Shown here in pieces: positions 40,156 to 48,067 of a stretch of 64,000 bases of DNA (position 1 is its first letter; the number at the start of each line of letters is the position of its first letter). The stretch is from an uncultured Sphingomonas sp. Lineage in GTDB: Bacteria > Pseudomonadota > Alphaproteobacteria > Sphingomonadales > Sphingomonadaceae. The notes below the pieces were generated by a model. The model worked only from the letters and a program-made list of their open reading frames with translations, searched no databases and was not told where the DNA came from. The translations under genes were made by a program, and so were the position numbers. The stretch is taken from NCBI RefSeq assembly GCF_937871615.1, contig NZ_CALMPA010000059.1:29680-93679 (forward strand), read 5' to 3'.

Positions 40156-42212
40156 TTTTCGACACCCAGTTGCCACAGCACGAAGGCATGTTCCTCCGCC
40201 CCCTCGTACAGGCTGTCGAACCGCCCCGATTTGCCGCCATGGCCCGCGCCCATATTGGTCTTAAGCAGCAGGACATTATCGTCCGTTTTGGTTGCGCGCA
40301 GCTTGGCGCCCCATTTCGCCGGCTCCCAATAAGTGACGCGCGGATCGTTGAGCCCGCCCGAAATGAACAGCGGCGGATAGCCTTGCGCCTTCACCTGATC
40401 GTAAGGCGAATAGCTGTGGATCAGTTCGAACGCCGCCTTGTCGGTGATCGGATTGCCCCATTCGGGCCATTCACCCGGCGTCAGCGGCAGCGTTTCGTCG
40501 AGCATCGTGTTGAGCACATCGACGAACGGCACGTCGGCGATCACCGCGCCCCACAATTCGGGATCGGAATTGACCACCGCGCCCATCAGTTCGCCACCAG
40601 CCGAGCGCCCCGCGATCGCGATTCGGCCTGCGCTGGTCCAGCCTTGTGCGACCAGCCCCCTCGCCACGTCGACGAAATCGTGGAAGGTGTTGGTGCGCTT
40701 CTCCAGCTTGCCATCGCGATACCATTGCTGGCCCAGATCATCGCCGCCGCGGATATGCGCGATGGCATAGGCAAAGCCGCGATCGAGCAAAGACAGCCGC
40801 CCGGTCGAGAAACCCGGCGGAATCGCATGACCATAAGCGCCATAGGCGTAGAGAAAGAGCGGGCGCGATCCGTCCTTCGGGAAATCGACCGGATAGACGA
40901 TCGACACGGGCACCAGCGTCCCGTCACGCGCCGCGATCTTCAGCCGTTCGGTGCGATATTTCGAACCATCGTAGCCGGACGGGATTTCCTGCACCCTGAG
41001 CGTGATCATCGCCCCGGTCGCGACATCATAATCATAGACCGTCCCCGGCGTGACCATTGATTCATAGCCGAGCCGCAGCACCTGCTGGTCATATTCCGGA
41101 TTGTCGCCAAGGCCGGCGGTATAGCTTGCCTCGGGGAAGGCGATCCGCCGGCCTTCGGTCGGCGCGTCGTAGCGGTGGATGGCGATCTGATCGAGGCCGT
41201 CCTCGCGCCCCTCCACCACGAAAAAGTCCCGGTAGCATTCCACCCCGGTCATGTAGAAATCCGCCGATGGCGCGATCAGTTCGCTCCACTCGCCCGGCGC
41301 GGCGATCGGCGCGGTGACGAGCCGCCACATCGGATCAATATCGTTGGTATGGATGAACAGGGTGTCCCCATGCGCATCGACATCATATTCGCGGCCCGAC
41401 AGGCGCGGCGCGACCATGATCGGCGTGGCGAAGGGATCGTTCGCGGGAAGCAATCGCACCTCGCTCGTCACATGATCACCGGTCGCGATCATGATCCACT
41501 TGCGGTCGCCGGTTTCGGAAACCGCGACGCGATAGCCCTCGTCATTCTCATGATATAGCTCGATATCCTCTGCCGGATCGGTGCCGATCCGATGGAAGCG
41601 CGCATTGTCCGTGCGCCATTCCTTGTTGGCGAGGCCATAGAGAAAACCCGTGTCGTCCGCCGTCCACACGATATCGGAGAGCATATCGGGGATCACCTCG
41701 GGCAGATGCTCGCCGGTGATGAGGTTCTTCACCCGGATTTCGAACCGTTCGGCGCCCGAATCGTCGATCGCGTAAGCGAGTTTGGTGCCATCGTTCGATA
41801 CCGCGAACGCGCCGAGCCGGAAATATTCGTGCCCTTCCGCCAGCGCGGGTTCGTCGAGCAGCAATTCGTCCGCGCCACCCGCGACCGGGCGGCGCCACCA
41901 TTTGCGATATTGGCCGCCGGTGTCGAATGCCGTCCAGTAGAGCCAATCCCCGTCCTTCTGCGGCACGGTCGCTTCGTCTTCCTTGATTCGCCCGCGCATC
42001 TCGGCGTTGATTCGCTCGGTCAGCGGCTTGAGCGGCGCCATCACCGCTTCGAAATAGGCGTTTTCCGCCTCAAGATAGGCGAGAATTTCCTTGTCCGTCA
42101 CATCGGGATAGCCCGGATCCTTCAGCCAGGCCCATGGATCGTCGATCGTGATGCCATGGCGGACATATTGATGCGGACGCGTCTCGGCGCGCGGGGGAGC
42201 GGGGAAAGTCAT
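40152..42212 (-). CDS. ptrB: oligopeptidase B (S9A prolyl oligopeptidase family)
   Basis: ORF 40152..42368. The start was moved to ATG 42212 (GGAGGA upstream). Nucleophile motif GRSAGGELMG. 686 aa. Confidence 0.9.
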   Translation of the reverse strand: MTFPAPPRAETRPHQYVRHGITIDDPWAWLKDPGYPDVTDKEILAYLEAENAYFEAVMAPLKPLTERINAEMRGRIKEDEATVPQKDGDWLYWTAFDTGGQYRKWWRRPVAGGADELLLDEPALAEGHEYFRLGAFAVSNDGTKLAYAIDDSGAERFEIRVKNLITGEHLPEVIPDMLSDIVWTADDTGFLYGLANKEWRTDNARFHRIGTDPAEDIELYHENDEGYRVAVSETGDRKWIMIATGDHVTSEVRLLPANDPFATPIMVAPRLSGREYDVDAHGDTLFIHTNDIDPMWRLVTAPIAAPGEWSELIAPSADFYMTGVECYRDFFVVEGREDGLDQIAIHRYDAPTEGRRIAFPEASYTAGLGDNPEYDQQVLRLGYESMVTPGTVYDYDVATGAMITLRVQEIPSGYDGSKYRTERLKIAARDGTLVPVSIVYPVDFPKDGSRPLFLYAYGAYGHAIPPGFSTGRLSLLDRGFAYAIAHIRGGDDLGQQWYRDGKLEKRTNTFHDFVDVARGLVAQGWTSAGRIAIAGRSAGGELMGAVVNSDPELWGAVIADVPFVDVLNTMLDETLPLTPGEWPEWGNPITDKAAFELIHSYSPYDQVKAQGYPPLFISGGLNDPRVTYWEPAKWGAKLRATKTDDNVLLLKTNMGAGHGGKSGRFDSLYEGAEEHAFVLWQLGVEK

Positions 42213-42263
42213 CCATCCTCCATAACCGCCGATTCCGCCTTGTCGATGCGTTCGCGCGTTACG

Positions 42264-42308
42264 ATTGCAATTTTTGCAATTAAGAACGAATTGTTTGCAT
42301 TTGCGAAA
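42264..42308. promoter_or_regulatory. AT-rich TTGC-repeat cluster upstream of ptrB (candidate operator)
   Basis: A perfect 17-bp palindrome ATTGCAA-TTT-TTGCAAT (42264-42280) is followed by TTTGCATTTGCGAAA (42294-42308). The cluster lies 52-96 nt upstream of the ptrB ATG. Confidence 0.35.
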
Positions 42309-42366
42309 TTTTATGCTGCGACGCACAAGGATCGGGCCTTTCAGGCATCCTCTCCTAAAAACTTTC

Positions 42367-42398
42367 AAAGGCCGGTCTCACGACTGGCCTTTCTTTTT
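42367..42398 (+). terminator. intrinsic terminator with no annotated gene upstream on its strand
   Basis: aaaGGCCGGTC-tcac-GACTGGCCttt is followed by TTTCTTTTT on the plus strand. The minus-strand reading gives a weaker tail (TTTGAAAGTTTTT). Confidence 0.55.
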
Positions 42399-42455
42399 GC
42401 TTCGCGAACGCGCAGGGTAGCTATGCTGAGGCGCGCCGAATCAAAATAACGATTT

Positions 42456-42546
42456 GGAGTGGAGCCGCCGGTAAGACCGGCACCGGCGGGGCAACAGTAC
42501 GGGGGATAGAGCGCCACTCCCGCGCGGTCGCTCTCCCCCGTTTCGT
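42456..42546 (+). other. GC-rich structured leader upstream of the DUF808 gene (riboswitch-like, unclassified)
   Basis: A closing helix GGAGTGG (42456-62) / CCACTCC (42514-20) encloses the hairpin CCGCCGG...CCGGCGG and the string CACCGGCGGGGCAAC. An overlapping hairpin GGGGGATAGAGCG (42501-13) / CGCTCTCCCCC (42529-39) is followed by GTTTCGT. Confidence 0.25.
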
Positions 42547-42656
42547 CCCCAACCGTCCTGATTCGCATGTTATTTTATGTGGCTGGCCGCTTGCGCGCGC
42601 CCGCGCCGATGCGCAAAACCAGCCTTCCCCACCACAATCCACGAGGGAATTGATTA

Positions 42657-43508
42657 ATGGCCGCTGGCCTTGTTGCGTTGCTCGACGATATCGCCATGCT
42701 CGCAAAACTCGCCGCCGCCAGCATCGACGACATGGCCGCCGCCGGGCTAGACGATGCTGCCGCCGCAGCGGGCCGCGCGGGACTAAAGACCGCCGGGGTG
42801 GTGATCGACGATACCGCCGTCACCCCGCGCTATGTCGTTGGCATTTCACCGGCGCGGGAATTGCCAATCATCGGCAAGATCGCGCTTGGCTCGTTGCGCA
42901 ACAAGCTGCTGTTCCTGCTTCCCGCCGCGCTCATCCTTTCCACCTTCGTGCCATGGACGATCACGCCGATCCTGATGGCGGGCGGCGCGTTTCTCTGTTT
43001 CGAGGGCGCGGAAAAGGTGATCGGCGCCTTGTTGGGTCATGCCGCTGCGAGCGAGCAGATCGCCGCTGCGGATGCGCAGCAACTCGAAGACCGGCAGGTT
43101 GCCGGGGCGATCCGCACCGATCTCATCCTGTCTGGCGAAATCATGGCGATCGCCCTTTCCTCGCTCGCTGATCAGCCGTTTCTCAACCAGGCGATCGCGC
43201 TCACGATCGTTGCGGTGGTGATGACCGCGGGTGTTTACGGCACCGTCGCGCTGATCGTGCGGATGGATGATATCGGCCTTGCGCTCGCCCGCCGTCCCGG
43301 TCGGGCGATACAGGCGATCGGGCGCGGGCTGGTCGCCGCGATGCCCGTGGTGCTGAGCGCGCTCGCCAATATCGGCGTGGCGGCGATGCTGTGGGTCGGC
43401 GGGCAAATCATCGTCCACGGGCTGGAGGAATTCCACCTCACGCCGATTCCCGGCTGGGTGCATCATGCGACCGGCGCGGCGGGCAGCTTCGGCGGGGTTG
43501 CGGCATGA
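42657..43508 (+). CDS. DUF808 (YedI-family) inner membrane protein, terminated early by an in-frame TGA
   Basis: MAAGLVALLDDIAMLAKLAAAS...GAFLCFEGAEKV resembles E. coli YedI. The frame continues after TGA 43506-43508 for 29 further family-like codons, to 43598. Confidence 0.8.
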   Translation: MAAGLVALLDDIAMLAKLAAASIDDMAAAGLDDAAAAAGRAGLKTAGVVIDDTAVTPRYVVGISPARELPIIGKIALGSLRNKLLFLLPAALILSTFVPWTITPILMAGGAFLCFEGAEKVIGALLGHAAASEQIAAADAQQLEDRQVAGAIRTDLILSGEIMAIALSSLADQPFLNQAIALTIVAVVMTAGVYGTVALIVRMDDIGLALARRPGRAIQAIGRGLVAAMPVVLSALANIGVAAMLWVGGQIIVHGLEEFHLTPIPGWVHHATGAAGSFGGVAA

Positions 43509-43621
43509 ATCGCGGGCGCCTTCCTCTCGGCGGTTTTCGGCCTTATCGTGGGCAGCCTGATCGCTGGCGCACTCCATCTCGCGCCACGCCGCCGCTGACG
43601 CTCAAAAAACGGGAAGCATCC

Positions 43622-45421
43622 ATGTCGACCCATTCCGCCCGCCTCACCGCCCTTCGTGAACAGCTTTCCCGGCAGCGCCTCGACGGCTTCGTCGTGCCGC
43701 TCACCGATGAGCATATGAGCGAATATGTCGGCGCTTATGCCCAGCGGCTCGCATGGCTCACCGGGTTTCAGGGATCGGCCGGCACGGCGGCGGTGCTGCC
43801 CGCCCAAGCCGCGATCTTCACCGATGGCCGCTATACGTTGCAGGTGCGTGAGCAGGTGGACGGCGGCGACTGGCAATTCGTGGGCGTGCCCGAAACGAGC
43901 GTGGCGCAATGGCTGGGCGATCATGCCGCCCAGGGCGCGCGGATCGGATACGATCCCTGGCTTCACACCCGCCAGTGGGTTGACGAAGCATCCGCCGCGC
44001 TGGCGAAGATCGGCGCAACGCTCGTGCCGGTGGACGCCAATCCGGTGGATGCGATCTGGCCCGATCGCCCCGCCCCTTCCGCTGCGACGCTTTCCGTCCA
44101 TGACGACGCGCTCGCCGGGCGCTCCTCGGCTGACAAGCGCGGGGTGATCGCCGACTGGCTGGCGACGGAGAAGGCCGACGCAGTTGTTCTCGCCGCGCTC
44201 GATTCGATCGCCTGGCTGCTCAACGTGCGCGGCGCCGATGTCGCGCGCACGCCGGTCGCGCTCGCCTATACGATCGTCAACGCGGATGGCACCGCCGATC
44301 TGTTCGTCGCGCCTGAAAAGATGAGCGACGCGGTGCGCCAGCATCTCGGCAATGCGGTCCGCGTACATGATCGCGCCGCCTTCGCGCCGGCGCTTGGCGC
44401 GTTCGCCGGCAAGCGGATCGCGGTCGATCCGTCATTGTCAGTCGCGGCGATCCCGCTGGCGATCGAAGCGGGCGGCGGCACGGTGCTGCCGCTGCGCGAT
44501 CCGGTGGTGATCCCCAAGGCGTGCAAGAACCCCGCCGAGATCGCGGGGCATCAGGCCGCGAGCCTGCGTGACGGCGCCGCGCTCACCCGCTTTCTGCGCT
44601 GGATCGCGAGCGAGGGGCCAAAGGGCGGCCAGACCGAACTATCCGCCGCCGCGAAGCTCCGGCAATTCCGCGAGGAAACCGGCGTGCTCAAGGATCTTTC
44701 CTTCGACACGATATCCGCCACCGGCCCGCACGGCGCGATCCCGCATTATCACGTCACCGATGAATCGAATGCGCCGATCCTTGCCGGCCAGCTCTATCTG
44801 ATCGATTCGGGCGGCCAATATGCGGATGGCACCACCGATCTCACCCGCGTCGTGCCGATCGGCGCGCCGACCCCCGAAATGCGTGATCGCTATACGCGCG
44901 TGCTGAAGGGCCATATCGCGCTCGCCACCGCCGTCTTTCCCCATGGCACGACCGGGCAGCAGCTCGACGCGCTCGCACGGCTGCCTTTGTGGCAAGCCGG
45001 GCTCGATTTCGCGCACGGCACCGGCCACGGCGTCGGCAGCTATCTTTCGGTCCACGAAGGCCCCGCGCGGATCGCCAAGCCGAGCTATGGCGGCGGCGGC
45101 CCGCAGGAGCCGTTGCGTGCCGGCATGATCCTTTCGAACGAGCCTGGCTATTACAAGGCCGGAGACTACGGCATCCGTATCGAGAATCTGCTGCTGGTCG
45201 TCGAGCGCGAGATTTCCGGCGGCGAAACGCCGATGCTCGCCTTCGAGACGCTGACGCTGGCCCCGATCGACCGCGACCTGATCGACGCGACATTGCTCGA
45301 TGCCGCCGAACTCGCGTGGCTCAACGCCTATCACGCGCGCGTCGCGGAAGCGCTGGGCGCGGCGCTGGCGGACGATGACCGCGCATGGCTACTCGCGCGG
45401 TGCCAGCCGATCACGCATTGA
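43622..45421 (+). CDS. pepP: aminopeptidase P family (M24B Xaa-Pro aminopeptidase)
   Basis: ORF 43391..45421. The start was moved to ATG 43622. Metal-ligand motifs HGTGHGVG and SNEPGYY. Confidence 0.88.
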   Translation: MSTHSARLTALREQLSRQRLDGFVVPLTDEHMSEYVGAYAQRLAWLTGFQGSAGTAAVLPAQAAIFTDGRYTLQVREQVDGGDWQFVGVPETSVAQWLGDHAAQGARIGYDPWLHTRQWVDEASAALAKIGATLVPVDANPVDAIWPDRPAPSAATLSVHDDALAGRSSADKRGVIADWLATEKADAVVLAALDSIAWLLNVRGADVARTPVALAYTIVNADGTADLFVAPEKMSDAVRQHLGNAVRVHDRAAFAPALGAFAGKRIAVDPSLSVAAIPLAIEAGGGTVLPLRDPVVIPKACKNPAEIAGHQAASLRDGAALTRFLRWIASEGPKGGQTELSAAAKLRQFREETGVLKDLSFDTISATGPHGAIPHYHVTDESNAPILAGQLYLIDSGGQYADGTTDLTRVVPIGAPTPEMRDRYTRVLKGHIALATAVFPHGTTGQQLDALARLPLWQAGLDFAHGTGHGVGSYLSVHEGPARIAKPSYGGGGPQEPLRAGMILSNEPGYYKAGDYGIRIENLLLVVEREISGGETPMLAFETLTLAPIDRDLIDATLLDAAELAWLNAYHARVAEALGAALADDDRAWLLARCQPITH

Positions 45422-45424
45422 GCC

Positions 45425-45493
45425 GATAGCGTCGCGACTCCGAACGCTATCCGGCATTGACGACGGTTGCGGCGCGATCGGCCCGATCGCCGC
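45425..45493 (+). terminator. two consecutive GC-rich hairpins after pepP
   Basis: GATAGCG-n13-CGCTATC (45425-45451) and GCGGCGCGATCGG/CCGATCGCCGC (45469-45493). Neither has a clear U-tract. Confidence 0.3.
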
Positions 45494-45575
45494 ATGTTCG
45501 CGCCGTCCAAGGCTGATCGACCTTCGACTATGCGTGGCGGCATTTCGCGTGACGTGCGGTTGAATGCCGGTCCGC

Positions 45576-45728
45576 CTAACGCTCCGCCGGATCGCGCGCA
45601 TTATCGGGCTGATCCGCCTGCTCGCCCGGAGAGGCGGGCCTGCCGCGCGCCTGTTCCTTGCGCTTCCTCAGATTCGCGCGGAGCTGCTCCGCAAGCCGCG
45701 CGGCGCGCTGGTCGTCATTGTTTGACAT
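45576..45728 (-). CDS. possible small charged protein (50 aa)
   Basis: MSNNDDQRAARLAEQLRANLRKRKEQARGRPASPGEQADQPDNARDPAER. Third positions are GC-rich. It has no SD and falls below the ORF-track size cutoff. Confidence 0.3.
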   Translation of the reverse strand: MSNNDDQRAARLAEQLRANLRKRKEQARGRPASPGEQADQPDNARDPAER

Positions 45729-45809
45729 GCGATCTGCTATTGCGCGTGCGCGAACGCCTTGACAATGCCGCCCACCTCGTCTCTAGGGCGCCCTCGCCCA
45801 ACGGGCAGT

Positions 45810-45884
<75 letters not shown>

Positions 45885-45933
45885 TTTTTCCCCCAGATAT
45901 CAGCGATAAACCGCCCCTTCTGGGGACGCGAAG

Positions 45934-45970
45934 CTGGATACGAAGCCCTTCGTCTCCAATTCGTATCCAG
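45934..45970. repeat. perfect 11-bp inverted repeat next to the tRNA
   Basis: CTGGATACGAA-n15-TTCGTATCCAG, with a nested ACGAAG-cc-CTTCGT. It starts 50 nt downstream of tRNA-Thr. Confidence 0.4.
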
Positions 45971-46432
45971 TGGAAAGAGCGCAATCGGCTCTTATCGGCT
46001 ACACCTGGTAGCGAAGAATTGCAGGTTCGGTATTCACGCGCAGGATCCCATCGCGTTGGGCTTCAAGCGGATCCGCGATGCTCCCGCTATGGCACAGGCA
46101 TCTGCTCTTGAAGTGCCAACTGCGTCACCAGGGCGCATGAACTCTCCCCACCAAAACTGGTCCGAGCCTGCCCGTAGATTACGAGCCCGGCGCTTCGTTA
46201 TGGCGCTGCTGCCGCTGCGCCTTAACACTAAGGGCCTTGCCCTCGCGTTGCGCAAGGGAAGCTTCGCCGTCCGGGGCGGTATCCCCAGCCTTCCGCGCCT
46301 TCGGCTTGTGCAGGCCGGGTGATCCCCCTCCGCCCCGGCCGCCCTTGCGCTTTGCTACCCCAGTCTCGGCGACGGCCAGAAGGTCAGGCGCGGCACACCG
46401 CTTCGCTGACCTTCAGACCTGGGATTGTGGAA

Positions 46433-47100
46433 ATGACCGGCAATGCAAAGGCGCCCCGCAATGTGATCTTCAATGCGGATTGCATCGACGTGATGCGCAG
46501 TTTCGACCGGGCATCGGTGGACATGATCGTGACCGATCCGCCCTATATCACCCGCTATCGCAGCCGGGACGGCCGGACCGTCGCCAACGACGACAATGCC
46601 CGTTGGCTTCGCCCCGCGTTCAACCAGATGCACCGCGTTTTGAAGGAAGGCGCTTTCTGCGTCAGCTTCTACAGCTGGAACAAGATCGACCTGTTTTTCG
46701 AGGCGTGGAAAGAGGCAGGCTTCCGCGTCGTCGGGCATATCGTGTTCCGCAAGGACTATGCGTCGTCGGAGCGTTTCCTTCGCTACGAACACGAGCAGGC
46801 CTATTTGCTGGCGAAAGGCGAGCCGAACCTGCCGGCGCATCCGGTCCCCGACGTGCTGGATTTCCCCTATACCGGCAACCGGCTTCACCCGACCCAGAAG
46901 CCCGTCGGGGCACTGATGCCACTGATTGCGGCGTTTACGCGACCGGGGGATCTCGTGCTGGACCCGTTTTGCGGCAGCGGTTCCCGCTGGACGCAGCGCA
47001 GCGGCTCGCGCGCCACTGGACCGGCATCGAGCTGGACAACGGCCATTATCGCACCGCGCGGCGGCGGCTGGCCGGTCTGATCGGCGGGGAAGTAGCCTGA
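46433..47100 (+). pseudogene. N6/N4 DNA methyltransferase (pfam N6_N4_Mtase type), frameshifted
   Basis: It has the catalytic IVTDPPY and the AdoMet motif VLDPFCGSGS. After codon 46982-46984 the family sequence LDAAQRLARHWTGIELDNGHYRTARRRL continues in the -1 frame, to stop 47100. Confidence 0.8.
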
Positions 47101-47120
47101 TCCCTCTCCTTTCGTTTATC

Positions 47121-47145
47121 GGCGCCCGTCCTCACGGCGGGCGCC
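47121..47145 (+). terminator. hairpin after the methyltransferase
   Basis: GGCGCCCG-n9-CGGGCGCC. Confidence 0.4.
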
Positions 47146-47398
47146 ACCAATCATATCACGCACTGGATCATCACCCCCGATCACACGGCGGTTGCCGCGA
47201 AGCAGGCGAAAGTATCGATGATCTGCCCTGGCGGGGAATCCCCGAGCAGGCGGACACATTGCCGATAGAGCTTCGGCTATATCAGGCCCGCCATCATATC
47301 TTGTTTGACGGCCGATGCGGCGACATTGATGCCGACTGGCCGGACGGTTTCGAGCTGATCTACACTTGGAACACATTTCGCTACCGCCGGATACCCGC

Positions 47399-47830
47399 GG
47401 GCTCTTTGGCCCCAGCTTCCTGGCGATGCCGCTGTTCGAGAAGGGCGGCGCGCATCAGCCGCTCAACCGCCCTCGCGACCGCTATGCCCGCGAGGGCGTG
47501 GACCTAAGCCTTTCCACCCTGGCCGATCAGGTTGGTGCCTGCACCGCCGCGCTGATGCCGCTCTATCTCCTGATCGAGGCGCATGTCCTGGCCGCCGAGC
47601 GACTGCACGGTGACGATACGACGGTGCCGGTGCTGGCGAAGACCAGGACCGATACGGGCCGGAACGGGACCTATGTTCGGGACGACCGACCTTTCGGCGG
47701 ACCAGCGCCGCCAGCAGCGATCTTCCATTATTCCCGCGACCGGCAAGGCGAACATCCTGTGAGCCATCTGCGCAGCTGGAGAGGCATTCTCCAGGCTGAT
47801 GCCTATGCCGGCTATAATGCGTTGTTCCTC
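47399..47830 (+). mobile_element. IS66-family transposase (TnpC) internal fragment, degenerate
   Basis: YAREGVDLSLSTLADQVG, LHGDDTTVPVLA, TYVRDDRPFGGPAPPAAIFHYSRDRQGEHP and GILQADAYAGYNALF match conserved IS66 TnpC blocks. The N-terminal zinc-finger part and the C-terminal part are missing. Confidence 0.75.
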
Positions 47831-48006
47831 GCCGACAGACTGCCGGCACCGCTCACCCGTGATCGGCAGGTTTTTGAGCAGCGGTCCAAGCGGATCGAGC
47901 CATACGGCACGCTTCCGAACCGCTCCTTCTCCCGCTTTGCCGGTCCATGAGGCTCAGGCTATTTGGTGCCGAGACCCATATTCATCGCGTCGCTTTTATG
48001 TGGGGC

Positions 48007-48035
48007 GGAGGGGCAGGAGATCGATCTGCCCCTCC
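48007..48035 (-). terminator. hairpin after the TonB-dependent receptor gene
   Basis: GGAGGGGCAG-n9-CTGCCCCTCC is a perfect 10-bp stem, 33 nt past the stop. Confidence 0.45.
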
Positions 48036-48067
48036 GTGCTTTGAGGCCAAGGGAGCGCCATCTCCCG

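Noticed and set aside
42280-42348. A 22-codon uORF (MPERPDPCASQHKISQMQTIRS) preceded by TAGGAGAGG, upstream of ptrB.
   Set aside because: The SD abuts the ATG with too little spacing. The second half uses AT-rich codons atypical for this genome, and it simply spans the TTGC-repeat cluster. It is more likely regulatory DNA.
43506-43508. The TGA in the DUF808 gene as a selenocysteine codon.
   Set aside because: The codon lies inside a predicted transmembrane helix of a non-redox protein. I see no convincing SECIS-like hairpin in the 40 nt downstream. The only Sec-prone enzyme in the window (FdsA) uses Cys.
45759-45787. A promoter for tRNA-Thr: a perfect TTGACA at 45759-45764.
   Set aside because: The hexamer 16-17 nt downstream (CTCTAG/TCTAGG) is a poor -10. 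I cannot support it without TSS data.
46179-46400. A minus-strand open frame encoding a Gly/Lys-rich tail (…KRKGGRGGGGSPGLHKPKARKAGDTAPDGEASLAQREGKALSVKAQRQQRHNEAPGS).
   Set aside because: It has no start codon after the upstream in-frame stop, overlaps the methyltransferase upstream region, and is low-complexity. At most it is a remnant of a lost gene.
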